NCBI GenBank assembly: GCA_964016885.1
Contig: OZ024740.1
Span: forward strand, 251,596,001 to 251,660,000
Reading direction: 5' to 3'
DNA length: 64,000 nt
DNA from: Eledone cirrhosa
Lineage: Eukaryota
The position numbers were made by a program, and so were the translations under genes. A model generated the notes under the pieces. It ran no database searches, was not told the DNA's origin, and saw nothing but the letters and a program-made list of their open reading frames with translations. Shown here one piece after another: positions 11,720-25,800 of the stretch. Numbering within the stretch: position 1 is the first letter of the stretch; every line of letters begins with the position of its first letter.

Positions 11720-13470
11720 ACAAATTATCTCCCCCTGATTTTTTTTTACAAATTATCTCCCCTTGATTTTTTTTTACAAATTATCTCCCCCTGATTTTTT
11801 TTTTACAAATTATCTCCCCCTGATTTTTTTACAAATTATCTCCCCCTGATTTTTTTTACAAATTATCTCCCCCTGATTTTTTTTACAAATTATCTCCCCT
11901 TGATTTTTTTTTACAAATTATCTCCCCCTGATTTTTTTTTTACAAATTATCTCCCCCTGATTTTTTTAAAAATTATCTTCCCTTGGCTGGCGGGAAATTA
12001 TCTCCCCTTGGACGGCTGGAAATTATCTCCCCTTGGAAGGATGTAAATTATCTCCCCTTGGACGGCTGGAAATTATCTCCCCTTGCACGGCTGGAAATTA
12101 TCTCCCCTTGATTTTTTTTACAAATTATCTCCCCCTGATTTTTTTTTACAAATTATCTCCCCCTGATTTTTTTTTACAAATTATCTCCCCCTGATTTTTT
12201 TTACAAATTATCTCCCCCTGATTTAAAAAAAAAAAATTATCTCCCCTTCGCTGGCTGGAAATTATCTCCCCTTGGACGCTGGAAATTATAGCCCCTTGGA
12301 GGGCTGGAAATTATCTTCCCTTGGACGGCTGGAAATTATCTTCCCTTGGACGGCTGGAAATTATCTCCCCTTGATTTTTTTTACAAATTATCTCCCCCTG
12401 ATTTTTTTTTACAAATTATCTCCCCCTGATTTTTTTTTACAAATTATCTCCCCCTGATTTTTTTTTTACAAATTATCTCCGCTTGATTTTTTAAAAAAAA
12501 TTATCTCCCCTTGGACGGCTGGAAATTATCTCCCCTTGGACGGCTAGAAATTATCTCTCCTTGGACGGCTGAAAATTATCTCCCCTTGGACGGCTGCAAA
12601 TTATCTCCCCTTGATTTTTTTTACAAATTATCTCCCCCTGATTTTTTTTTACAAATTATCTCCCCCTGATTTTTTTTTACAAATTATCTCCCCTTGATTT
12701 TTTTTTACAAATTATCTCCCCCTGATTTTTTTTTTACAAATTATCTCCCCCTGATTTTTTTACAAATTATCTCCCCCTGATTTTTTTTACAAATTATCTC
12801 CCCCTGATTTTTTTTACAAATTATCTCCCCTTGATTTTTTTTTACAAATTATCTCCCCCTGATTTTTTTTTTACAAATTATCTCCCCCTGATTTTTTTAA
12901 AAATTATCTTCCCTTGGCTGGCGGGAAATTATCTCCCCTTGGACGGCTGGAAATTATCTCCCCTTGGAAGGATGTAAATTATCTCCCCTTGGACGGCTGG
13001 AAATTATCTCCCCTTGCACGGCTGGAAATTATCTCCCCTTGATTTTTTTTACAAATTATCTCCCCCTGATTTTTTTTTACAAATTATCTCCCCCTGATTT
13101 TTTTTTACAAATTATCTCCCCCTGATTTTTTTTACAAATTATCTCCCCCTGATTTTTAAAAAAAAAATTATCTCCCCTTCGCTGGCTGGAAATTATCTCC
13201 CCTTGGACGCTGGAAATTATAGCCCCTTGGAGGGCTGGAAATTATCTTCCCTTGGACGGCTGGAAATTATCTTCCCTTGGACGGCTGGAAATTATCTCCC
13301 CTTGATTTTTTTTACAAATTATCTCCCCCTGATTTTTTTTTACAAATTATCTCCCCCTGATTTTTTTTTACAAATTATCTCCCCCTGATTTTTTTTTTAC
13401 AAATTATCTCCGCTTGATTTTTTAAAAAAAATTATCTCCCCTTGGACGGCTGGAAATTATCTCCCCTTGG
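11720..13470 (+). repeat. Nested ~931-bp duplication inside the larger HORs (approximate bounds)
   Basis: Offset 931 between identical cassettes at 12272->13203, repeated at 16171->17102, 39741->40672 and 49885->50816. Confidence 0.85.
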
Positions 13471-16400
13471 ACGGCTGGAAATTATCTCCCCTTGGACGGC
13501 TAGAAATTATCTCTCCTTGGACGGCTGAAAATTATCTCCCCTTGGACGGCTGCAAATTATCTCCCCTTTATTTTTTTTACAAATTATCTCCCCCTGATTT
13601 TTTTTACAAATTATCTCCCCCTCATTTTTTTACAAATTATCTACCCCTGATTTTTTTTACAAATTATCTCCCCCTGATTTTTTTTTACAAATTATCTCCC
13701 TCTGATTTTTTTTACAAATTATCTCCCCCTGATTTTTTTTTTACAAATTATCTCCCCCTGATTTTTTTAAAAATTATCTCCCCCTGATTTTTTTACAATC
13801 TCCGCCTGATTTTTTTAAAAATTATCTTCCCTTGGCTGGCGGGAAATTATCTCCCCTTGGACGGCTGGAAATTATCTCCCCTTGGAAGGATGGAAATTAT
13901 CTCCCCTTGGACGGCTGGATATTATCTCCCCTTGCACGGCTGGAAATTATCTCCCCTTGGCTGGAAATTATCTCCCCTTGGACGGCTAGAAATTATCTCT
14001 CTTTGGACGGCTGGAAATTATCTCCCTTTGATTTTTTTTACAAATTATCTCCCTCTGATATTTTTTACAAATCTCCCCCTGATTTTTTAAAAAAAATTAT
14101 CTCCCCTTCGCTGGCTGGAAATTATCTCCCCTTGGACACTGGAAATTATAGCCCCTTGGAGGGCTGGAAATTATCTTCCCTTGGACGGCTGGAAATTATC
14201 TCCCCTTGATTTTTTTTACAAATTATCTCCGCCTGATTTTTTTTAAAAATTATCTCTCCTTGGACGGCTGGAAATTATCTCCCCTTGATTTTTTTTACAA
14301 ATTATCTCCCCCTGATTTTTTTTACAAATTATCTCCCCCTGATTTTTTTTTACAAATTATCTACCACTGATTTTTTTTACAAATTATCTCCCCCTGATTT
14401 TTTTTACAAATTATCTCCCCCTGATTTTTCTTTTACAAATTATCTCCCCCTGATTTTTTTACAAATTATCTCCCCCTGATTTTTTTTACAAATTATCTCC
14501 GCCTGATTTTTTTAAATATTATCTTCCCTTGGCTGGCGGGAAATTATCTCCCCTTGGACGGCTGGAAATTATCTGCCCTTGATTTTGTTTTTACAAATTA
14601 TCTTCCACTGATTTTTTTTACAAATTATCTCCACCTGATTTTTTAAAAAATTATCTCCCCTTGGAAGGCTGGAAATTATCTCCCCTTGGACGGCTAGAAA
14701 TTATCTCTCTTTGGACGGCTGGAAATTATCTCCCCTTGATTTTTTTTACAAATTATCTCCCCCTGATTTTTTTTACAAATATCCCAGTGATTTTTTTTAA
14801 AAAATTATCTCCCCTTCGCTGGCTGGAAATTATCTCCCCTTGGACGCTGGAAATTATAGCCCCTTGGAGGGCTGGAAATTATCTTCCCTTGGACGGCTGG
14901 AAATTATCTCCCCTTGATTTTTTTTACAAATTATCTCCCCCTGATTTTTTTTTACAAATTATCTCCCCCTGATTTTTTTTTACAAATTATCTCCCCCTGA
15001 TTTTTTTTACAACTTATCTCCGCCTGATTTTTTTTAAAAAATCATCTCCCCTTGGACGGCTGGAAATTATCTCCCCTTGGACGGCTGGAAATTATCTCCC
15101 CTTGATTTTTTTACAAATTATCTCCCCCTGATTTTTTTTTACAAATTATCTCCCCCTGATTTTTTTTACAAATTATCTCCCCCTGATTTTTTTTACAAAT
15201 TATCTCCCCCTGATTTTTTTTACAAATTATCTCCGCCTGATTTTTTTAAATATTATCTCTCCTTGGCTGGCGGGAAATTATCTCCCCTTGGACGGCTGCA
15301 AATTATCTCCGCTTGATTTTTTTTACAAATTATCTCCCCCTGATTTTTTTTTAAAAATTATCTCCCCCTGATTTTTTTTACAAATTATCTCCCCTGATTT
15401 TTTTTTACAAATTATCTCCCCCTGATTTTTTTTTACAAATTATCTCCCCCTGATTTTTTTTTTACAAATTATCTCCCCCTGATTTTTTTACAAATTATCT
15501 CCCCCTGATTTTTTTTACAATCTCCGCCTGATTTTTTTAAAAATTATCTTCCCTTGGCTGGCGGGAAATTATCTCCCCTTGGACGGCTGGAAATTATCTC
15601 CCCTTGGAAGGATGGAAATTATCTCCCCTTGGACGGCTGGAAATTATCTCCCCTTGCACGGCTGGAAATTATCTCCCCTTGGCTGGAAATTATCTCCCCT
15701 TGGACGGCTAGAAATTATCTCTCTTTGGATGGCTGGAAATTATCTCCCTTTGATTTTTTTTACAAATTATCTCCCTCTGATTTTTTTTACAAATCTCCCC
15801 CTGATTTTTTTTTACAAATTATCTCCCCCTGATTTTTTTTACAAACTATCTCCCCCTGATTTTTTTACAAATTATCTCCCCTTGGCTGGCTGGAAATTAT
15901 CTCCCCTTGGACGGCTGGAAATTATCTCCCCTTGGAAGGATGTAAATTATCTCCCCTTGGACGGCTGGAAATTATCTCCCCTTGCACGGCTGGAAATTAT
16001 CTCCCCTTGATTTTTTTTACAAATTATCTCCCCCTGATTTTTTTTTACAAATTATCTCCCCCTGATTTTTTTTTACAAATTATCTCCCCCTGATTTTTTT
16101 TACAAATTATCTCCCCCTGATTTAAAAAAAAAAAATTATCTCCCCTTCGCTGGCTGGAAATTATCTCCCCTTGGACGCTGGAAATTATAGCCCCTTGGAG
16201 GGCTGGAAATTATCTTCCCTTGGACGGCTGGAAATTATCTTCCCTTGGACGGCTGGAAATTATCTCCCCTTGATTTTTTTTACAAATTATCTCCCCCTGA
16301 TTTTTTTTTACAAATTATCTCCCCCTGATTTTTTTTTACAAATTATCTCCCCCTGATTTTTTTTTTACAAATTATCTCCGCTTGATTTTTTAAAAAAAAT

Positions 16401-19400
16401 TATCTCCCCTTGGACGGCTGGAAATTATCTCCCCTTGGACGGCTAGAAATTATCTCTCCTTGGACGGCTGAAAATTATCTCCCCTTGGACGGCTGCAAAT
16501 TATCTCCCCTTGATTTTTTTTACAAATTATCTCCCCCTGATTTTTTTTTACAAATTATCTCCCCCTGATTTTTTTTTACAAATTATCTCCCCTTGATTTT
16601 TTTTTACAAATTATCTCCCCCTGATTTTTTTTTTACAAATTATCTCCCCCTGATTTTTTTACAAATTATCTCCCCCTGATTTTTTTTACAAATTATCTCC
16701 CCCTGATTTTTTTTACAAATTATCTCCCCTTGATTTTTTTTTACAAATTATCTCCCCCTGATTTTTTTTTTACAAATTATCTCCCCCTGATTTTTTTAAA
16801 AATTATCTTCCCTTGGCTGGCGGGAAATTATCTCCCCTTGGACGGCTGGAAATTATCTCCCCTTGGAAGGATGTAAATTATCTCCCCTTGGACGGCTGGA
16901 AATTATCTCCCCTTGCACGGCTGGAAATTATCTCCCCTTGATTTTTTTTACAAATTATCTCCCCCTGATTTTTTTTTACAAATTATCTCCCCCTGATTTT
17001 TTTTTACAAATTATCTCCCCCTGATTTTTTTTACAAATTATCTCCCCCTGATTTTTAAAAAAAAAATTATCTCCCCTTCGCTGGCTGGAAATTATCTCCC
17101 CTTGGACGCTGGAAATTATAGCCCCTTGGAGGGCTGGAAATTATCTTCCCTTGGACGGCTGGAAATTATCTTCCCTTGGACGGCTGGAAATTATCTCCCC
17201 TTGATTTTTTTTACAAATTATCTCCCCCTGATTTTTTTTTACAAATTATCTCCCCCTGATTTTTTTTTACAAATTATCTCCCCCTGATTTTTTTTTTACA
17301 AATTATCTCCGCTTGATTTTTTAAAAAAAATTATCTCCCCTTGGACGGCTGGAAATTATCTCCCCTTGGACGGCTGGAAATTATCTCCCCTTGGACGGCT
17401 AGAAATTATCTCTCCTTGGACGGCTGAAAATTATCTCCCCTTGGACGGCTGCAAATTATCTCCCCTTTATTTTTTTTACAAATTATCTCCCCCTGATTTT
17501 TTTTTACAAATTATCTCCCCCTCATTTTTTTACAAATTATCTACCCCTGATTTTTTTTACAAATTATCTCCCCCTGATTTTTTTTTACAAATTATCTCCC
17601 TCTGATTTTTTTTACAAATTATCTCCCCCTGATTTTTTTTTTACAAATTATCTCCCCCTGATTTTTTTAAAAATTATCTCCCCCTGATTTTTTTACAATC
17701 TCCGCCTGATTTTTTTAAAAATTATCTTCCCTTGGCTGGCGGGAAATTATCTCCCCTTGGACGGCTGGAAATTATCTCCCCTTGGAAGGATGGAAATTAT
17801 CTCCCCTTGGACGGCTGGATATTATCTCCCCTTGCACGGCTGGAAATTATCTCCCCTTGGCTGGAAATTATCTCCCCTTGGACGGCTAGAAATTATCTCT
17901 CTTTGGACGGCTGGAAATTATCTCCCTTTGATTTTTTTTACAAATTATCTCCCTCTGATATTTTTTACAAATCTCCCCCTGATTTTTTAAAAAAAATTAT
18001 CTCCCCTTCGCTGGCTGGAAATTATCTCCCCTTGGACACTGGAAATTATAGCCCCTTGGAGGGCTGGAAATTATCTTCCCTTGGACGGCTGGAAATTATC
18101 TCCCCTTGATTTTTTTTACAAATTATCTCCGCCTGATTTTTTTTAAAAATTATCTCTCCTTGGACGGCTGGAAATTATCTCCCCTTGATTTTTTTTACAA
18201 ATTATCTCCCCCTGATTTTTTTTACAAATTATCTCCCCCTGATTTTTTTTTACAAATTATCTACCACTGATTTTTTTTACAAATTATCTCCCCCTGATTT
18301 TTTTTACAAATTATCTCCCCCTGATTTTTCTTTTACAAATTATCTCCCCCTGATTTTTTTACAAATTATCTCCCCCTAAATTTTTTTAAAAATTATCTCC
18401 GCCTGATTTTTTTAAATATTATCTTCCCTTGGCTGGCGGGAAATTATCTCCCCTTGGACGGCTGGAAATTATCTGCCCTTGATTTTGTTTTTACAAATTA
18501 TCTTCCACTGATTTTTTTTACAAATTATCTCCACCTGATTTTTTAAAAAATTATCTCCCCTTGGAAGGCTGGAAATTATCTCCCCTTGGACGGCTAGAAA
18601 TTATCTCTCTTTGGACGGCTGGAAATTATCTCCCCTTGATTTTTTTTACAAATTATCTCCCCCTGATTTTTTTTACAAATATCCCAGTGATTTTTTTTAA
18701 AAAATTATCTCCCCTTCGCTGGCTGGAAATTATCTCCCCTTGGACGCTGGAAATTATAGCCCCTTGGAGGGCTGGAAATTATCTTCCCTTGGACGGCTGG
18801 AAATTATCTCCCCTTGATTTTTTTTACAAATTATCTCCCCCTGATTTTTTTTTACAAATTATCTCCCCCTGATTTTTTTTTACAAATTATCTCCCCCTGA
18901 TTTTTTTTACAACTTATCTCCGCCTGATTTTTTTTAAAAAATCATCTCCCCTTGGACGGCTGGAAATTATCTCCCCTTGGACGGCTGGAAATTATCTCCC
19001 CTTTATTTTTTTACAAATTATCTCCCCCTGATTTTTTTTTACAAATTATCTCCCCCTGATTTTTTTTACAAATTATCTCCCCCTGATTTTTTTTACAAAT
19101 TATCTCCCCCTGATTTTTTTTACAAATTATCTCCGCCTGATTTTTTTAAATATTATCTCTCCTTGGCTGGCGGGAAATTATCTCCCCTTGGACGGCTGCA
19201 AATTATCTCCGCTTGATTTTTTTTACAAATTATCTCCCCCTGATTTTTTTTTAAAAATTATCTCCCCCTGATTTTTTTTACAAATTATCTCCCCTGATTT
19301 TTTTTTACAAATTATCTCCCCCTGATTTTTTTTTACAAATTATCTCCCCCTGATTTTTTTTTACAAATTATCTCCCCCTGATTTTTTTACAAATTATCTC

Positions 19401-19810
19401 CCCCTGATTTTTTTTACAATCTCCGCCTGATTTTTTTAAAAATTATCTTCCCTTGGCTGGCGGGAAATTATCTCCCCTTGGACGGCTGGAAATTATCTCC
19501 CCTTGGAAGGATGGAAATTATCTCCCCTTGGACGGCTGGAAATTATCTCCCCTTGCACGGCTGGAAATTATCTCCCCTTGGCTGGAAATTATCTCCCCTT
19601 GGACGGCTAGAAATTATCTCTCTTTGGATGGCTGGAAATTATCTCCCTTTGATTTTTTTTACAAATTATCTCCCTCTGATTTTTTTTACAAATCTCCCCC
19701 TGATTTTTTTTTACAAATTATCTCCCCCTGATTTTTTTTACAAACTATCTCCCCCTGATTTTTTTACAAATTATCTCCCCTTGGCTGGCTGGAAATTATC
19801 TCCCCTTGGA
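11993..19810 (+). repeat. Tandem higher-order duplication, unit ~3,899 bp (11993-15911 and 15892-19810)
   Basis: Constant 3,899-3,900 offsets between matching ORF entries (12272->16171, 13203->17102, 13832->17732, 14661->18561, 15554->19453). Flanking mismatches at 11992/15891 and 15912/19811 bound the junction. Confidence 0.93.
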
Positions 19811-22800
19811 GGCTGGAATTTATCTCCCCTTGGACGGCTAGAAATTACCTCTCCTTGGACGGCTGGAAAATATGTCTCCTTGGACGGCTGGAAATTATCT
19901 CCCCTTGGACGGCTGGAAATTACCTCTCCTTGGACGGCTGAAAATTATCTCCCCTTGGACGGCTGGAAATTATCTCCCCTTGCACTGCTGGAAATTATCT
20001 CCCCTTGGACGGCTGGAAATTATCTGCCCTTGATTTTGTTTTTACAAATTATCTTCCCCTGATTATTTTTACAAATTATCTCCACCTGATTTTTTAAAAA
20101 ATTATCTCCCCTTGGACGGCTGGAAATTATCTCCCCTTGGCTGGAAATTATCTCCCCTTGGACGGCTAGAAATTATCTCTCTTTGGACGGCTGGAAATTA
20201 TCTCCCCTTGATTTTTTTTACAAATTATCTCCCCCTGATTTTTTTTACAAATTATCCCCCCATGATTTTTAAAAAAAAAATTATCTCCCCTTCGCTGGCT
20301 GGAAATTATCTCCCCTTGGACGCTGGAAATTATAGCCCCTTGGAGGGCTGGAAATTATCTTCCCTTGGACGGCTGGAAATTATCTCCCCTTGATTTTTTT
20401 TACAAATTATCTCCCCCTGATTTTTTTTAACAAATTATCTCCCCCTGATTTTTTTTTTACAAATTATCTCCGCCTGATTTTTTTAAAAAAATTATCTCCC
20501 CTTGGACGGCTGGAAATTATCTCCCCTTGGACGGCTGGAAATTATCTCCCGTTGGACGGCTAGAAATTACCTCTCCTTGGACGGCTGAAAATTATCTCCC
20601 CTTGGACGGCTGCAAATTATCTCCCCTTGATTTTTTTTACAAATTATCCCCCCATGATTTTTAAAAAAAAAATTATCTCCCCTTCGCTGGCTGGAAATTA
20701 TCTCCCCTTGGACGCTGGAAATTATAGCCCCTTGGAGGGCTGGAAATTATCTTCCCTTGGACGGCTGGAAATTATCTCCCCTTGATTTTTTTTACAAATT
20801 ATCTCCCTCTGATTTTTTTTTACAAATTATCTCCCACTGATTTTTTTTTACAAATTATCTCCCCCTGATTTTTTTTTTACAAATTATCTCCGCGTGATTT
20901 TTTTAAAAAAATTATCTCCCCTTGGACGGCTGGAAATTATCTCCCCTTGGACGGCTGGAAATTATCTCGCCTTGGACGGCTAGAAATTACCTCTCCTTGG
21001 ACGGCTGAAAATTATCTCCCCTTGGACGGCTGCAAATTATCTCCTCTTGATTTTTTTTACAAATTATCTCCCCCTGATTTTTTTTACAAATTATCTCCCC
21101 CTGATTTTTTTTACAAATTATCTCCCCCTGATTTTTTTTTACAAATTATCTCCCCCTGATTTTTTTTCCAAATTATCTCCCCCTGATTTTTTTTACAAAT
21201 TATCTCCCCCTGATTTTTTTTACAATCTCCGCCTGATTTTTTAAAAAATTATCTTCCCTTGGCTGGCGGGAAATTATCTCCCCTTGGACGGCTGGAAATT
21301 ATCTCCCCTTGGACGGCTAGAAATTATCTCTCTTTGGACGGCTGGAAATTATCTCCCCTTGATTTTTTTTACAAATTATCTCCCCCTGATTTTTTTTACA
21401 AATTATCCCCGCATGATTTAAAAAAAAAAAATTATCTCCCCTTCGCTGGCTGGAAATTATCTCCCCTTGGACGCTGGAAATTATAGCCCCTTGGAGGGCT
21501 GGAAATTATCTTCCCTTGGACGGCTGGAAATTATCTCCCCTTAATTTTTTTTACAAATTATCTCCCCCTGATTTTTTTTTACAAATTATCTCCCCCTGAT
21601 TTTTTTTTACAAATTATCTCCCCCTGATTTTTTTTTTTACAAATTATCTCCGCCTGATTTTTAAAAAAAAATTATCTCCCCTTGGACGGCTGGAAATTAT
21701 CTCCCCTTGGACGGCTGGAAATTATCTCCCCTTGGACGGCTAGAAATTACCTCTCCTTGGACGGCTGAAAATTATCTCCCCTTGGACGGCTGCAAATTAT
21801 CTCCCCTTGATTTTTTTTACAAATTATCTCCCCCTGATTTTTTTTACAAATTATCTCCCCCTGATTTTTTTTACAAATTATCTCCCCCTGATTTTTTTTT
21901 ACAAATTATCTCCCCCTGATTTTTTTTTACAAATTAACTCCCCCTGATTTTTTTTACAAATTATCTCCCCCTGATTTTTTTTACAAATTATCTCCCCCTG
22001 ATTTTTTTTTACAAATTATCTCCCCTTGATTTTTTTTTACAAATTATCTGCCCCTGATTTTTTTTTTACAAATTATCTCCCCCTGATTTTTTTACAAATT
22101 ATCTCCCCCTGATTTTTTTTACAAATTATCTCCCGCTGATTTTTTTTACAAATTATCTCCCCTTGATTTTTTTTTACAAATTATCTCCCCTTGATTTTTT
22201 TTTACAAATTATCTCCCCCTGATTTTTTTTTTACAAATTATCTCCCCCTGATTTTTTTAAAAATTATCTTCCCTTGGCTGGCGGGAAATTATCTCCCCTT
22301 GGACGGCTGGAAATTATCTCCCCTTGGAAGGATGTAAATTATCTCCCCTTGGACGGCTGGAAATTATCTCCCCTTGCACGGCTGGAAATTATCTCCCCTT
22401 GATTTTTTTTACAAATTATCTCCTCCTGATTTTTTTTTACAAATTATCTCCCCCTGATTTTTTTTTACAAATTATCTCCCCCTGATTTTTTTTACAAATT
22501 ATCTCCCCCTGATTTTAAAAAAAAAAATTATCTCCCCTTCGCTGGCTGGAAATTATCTCCCCTTGGACGCTGGAAATTATAGCCCCTTGGAGGGCTGGAA
22601 ATTATCTTCCCTTGGACGGCTGGAAATTATCTTCCCTTGGACGGCTGGAAATTATCTCCCCTTGATTTTTTTTACAAATTATCTCCCCCTGATTTTTTTT
22701 TACAAATTATCTCCCCCTGATTTTTTTTACAAATTATCTACCCCTGATTTTTTTTACAAATTATCTCCCCCTGATTTTTTTTTACAAATTATCTCCCTCT

Positions 22801-25800
22801 GATTTTTTTTTACAAATTATCTCCCCCTGATTTTTTTTTTACAAATTATCTCCCCCTGATTTTTTTACAAATTATCTCCCCCTGATTTTTTTTACAATCT
22901 CCGCCTGATTTTTTAAAAAATTATCTTCCCTTGGCTGGCGGGAAATTATCTCCCCTTGGACGGCTGGAAATTATCTCCCCTTGGACGGCTAGAAATTATC
23001 TCTCTTTGGACGGCTGCAAATTATCTCCCCTTGATTTTTTTTACAAATTATCTCCCCCTGATTTTTTTACAAATTATCCCCGCATGATTTTTAAAAAAAA
23101 AATTATCTCCCCTTCGCTGGCTGGAAATTATCTCCCCTTGGACGCTGGAAATTATAGCCCCTTGGAGGGCTGGAAATTATCTTCCCTTGGACGGCTGGAA
23201 ATTATCTCCCCTTGATTTTTTTTACAAATTATCTCCCCCTGATTTTTTTTTACAAATTATCTCCCCCTGATTTTTTTTTACAAATTATCTCCCCCTGATT
23301 TTTTTTTTTACAAATTATCTCCGCCTGATTTTTAAAAAAAAATTATCTCCCCTTGGACGGCTGGAAATTATCTCCCCTTGGACGGCTGGAAATTATCTCC
23401 CCTTGGACGGCTAGAAATTACCTCTCCTTGGACGGCTGAAAATTATCTCCCCTTGGACGGCTGCAAATTATCTCCCCTTGATTTTTTTTACAAATTATCT
23501 CCCCCTGATTTTTTTTACAAATTATCTCCCCCTGATTTTTTTTACAAATTATCTCCCCCTGATTTTTTTTTACAAATTATCTCCCCCTGATTTTTTTTTA
23601 CAAATTATCTCCCCCTGATTTTTTTTACAAATTATCTCCCCCTGATTTTTTTTACAAATTATCTCCCCCTGATTTTTTTTTACAAATTATCTCCCCTTGA
23701 TTTTTTTTTACAAATTATCTCCCCCTGATTTTTTTTTTACAAATTATCTCCCCCTGATTTTTTTACAAATTATCTCCCCCTGATTTTTTTTACAAATTAT
23801 CTCCCCCTGATTTTTTTTACAAATTATCTCCCCTTGATTTTTTTCTACAAATTATCTCCCCCTGATTTTTTTTTTACAAATTATCTCCCCCTGATTTTTT
23901 TAAAAATTATCTTCCCTTGGCTGGCGGGAAATTATCTCCCCTTGGACGGCTGGAAATTATCTCCCCTTGGAAGGATGTAAATTATCTCCCCTTGGACGGC
24001 TGGAAATTATCTCCCCTTGCACGGCTGGAAATTATCTCCCCTTGATTTTTTTACAAATTATCTCCCCCTGATTTTTTTTTACAAATTATCTCCCCCTGAT
24101 TTTTTTTTACAAATTATCTCCCCCTGATTTTTTTTACAAATTATCTCCCCCTGATTTAAAAAAAAAAAATTATCTCCCCTTCGCTGGCTGGAAATTATCT
24201 CCCCTTGGACGCTGGAAATTATAGCCCCTTGGAGGGCTGGAAATTATCTTCCCTTGGACGGCTGGAAATTATCTTCCCTTGGACGGCTGGAAATTATCTC
24301 CCCTTGATTTTTTTTACAAATTATCTCCCCCTGATTTTTTTTTACAAATTATCTCCCCCTGATTTTTTTTACAAATTATCTCCCCCTGATTTTTTTTACA
24401 ATCTCCGCCTGATTTTTTAAAAAATTATCTTCCCTTGGCTGGCGGGAAATTATCTCCCCTTGGACGGCTGGAAATTATCTCCCCTTGGACGGCTAGAAAT
24501 TATCTCTCTTTGGACGGCTGGAAATTATCTCCCCTTGATTTTTTTTACAAATTATCTCCCCCTGATTTTTTTTACAAATTATCCCCGCATGAGTTTTAAA
24601 AAAAAAATTATCTCCCCTTCGCTGGCTGGAAATTATCTCCCCTTGGACGCTGGAAATTATAGCCCCTTGGAGGGCTGGAAATTATCTTCCCTTGGACGGC
24701 TGGAAATTATCTCCCCTTAATTTTTTTTACAAATTATCTCCCCCTGATTTTTTTTTACAAATTATCTCCCCCTGATTTTTTTTTACAAATTATCTCCCCC
24801 TGATTTTTTTTTTTACAAATTATCTCCGCCTGATTTTTAAAAAAAAATTATCTCCCCTTGGACGGCTGGAAATTATCTCCCCTTGGACGGCTGGAAATTA
24901 TCTCCCCTTGGACGGCTAGAAATTACCTCTCCTTGGACGGCTGAAAATTATCTCCCCTTGGACGGCTGCAAATTATCTCCCCTTGATTTTTTTTACAAAT
25001 TATCTCCCCCTGATTTTTTTTACAAATTATCTCCCCCTGATTTTTTTTACAAATTATCTCCCCCTGATTTTTTTTTACAAATTATCTCCCCCTGATTTTT
25101 TTTTACAAATTATCTCCCCCTGATTTTTTTTACAAATTATCTCCCCCTGATTTTTTTTACAAATTATCTCCCCCTGATTTTTTTTTACAAATTATCTCCC
25201 CTTGATTTTTTTTTACAAATTATCTGCCCCTGATTTTTTTTTTACAAATTATCTCCCCCTGATTTTTTTACAAATTATCTCCCCCTGATTTTTTTTACAA
25301 ATTATCTCCCCCTGATTTTTTTTACAAATTATCTCCCCTTGATTTTTTTTTACAAATTATCTCCCCTTGATTTTTTTTTACAAATTATCTCCCCCTGATT
25401 TTTTTAAAAATTATCTTCCCTTGGCTGGCGGGAAATTATCTCCCCTTGGACGGCTGGAAATTATCTCCCCTTGGAAGGATGTAAATTATCTCCCCTTGGA
25501 CGGCTGGAAATTATCTCCCCTTGCACGGCTGGAAATTATCTCCCCTTGATTTTTTTTACAAATTATCTCCCCCTGATTTTTTTTTACAAATTATCTCCCC
25601 CTGATTTTTTTTTACAAATTATCTCCCCCTGATTTTTTTTACAAATTATCTCCCCCTGATTTTTAAAAAAAAAATTATCTCCCCTTCGCTGGCTGGAAAT
25701 TATCTCCCCTTGGACGCTGGAAATTATAGCCCCTTGGAGGGCTGGAAATTATCTTCCCTTGGACGGCTGGAAATTATCTTCCCTTGGACGGCTGGAAATT

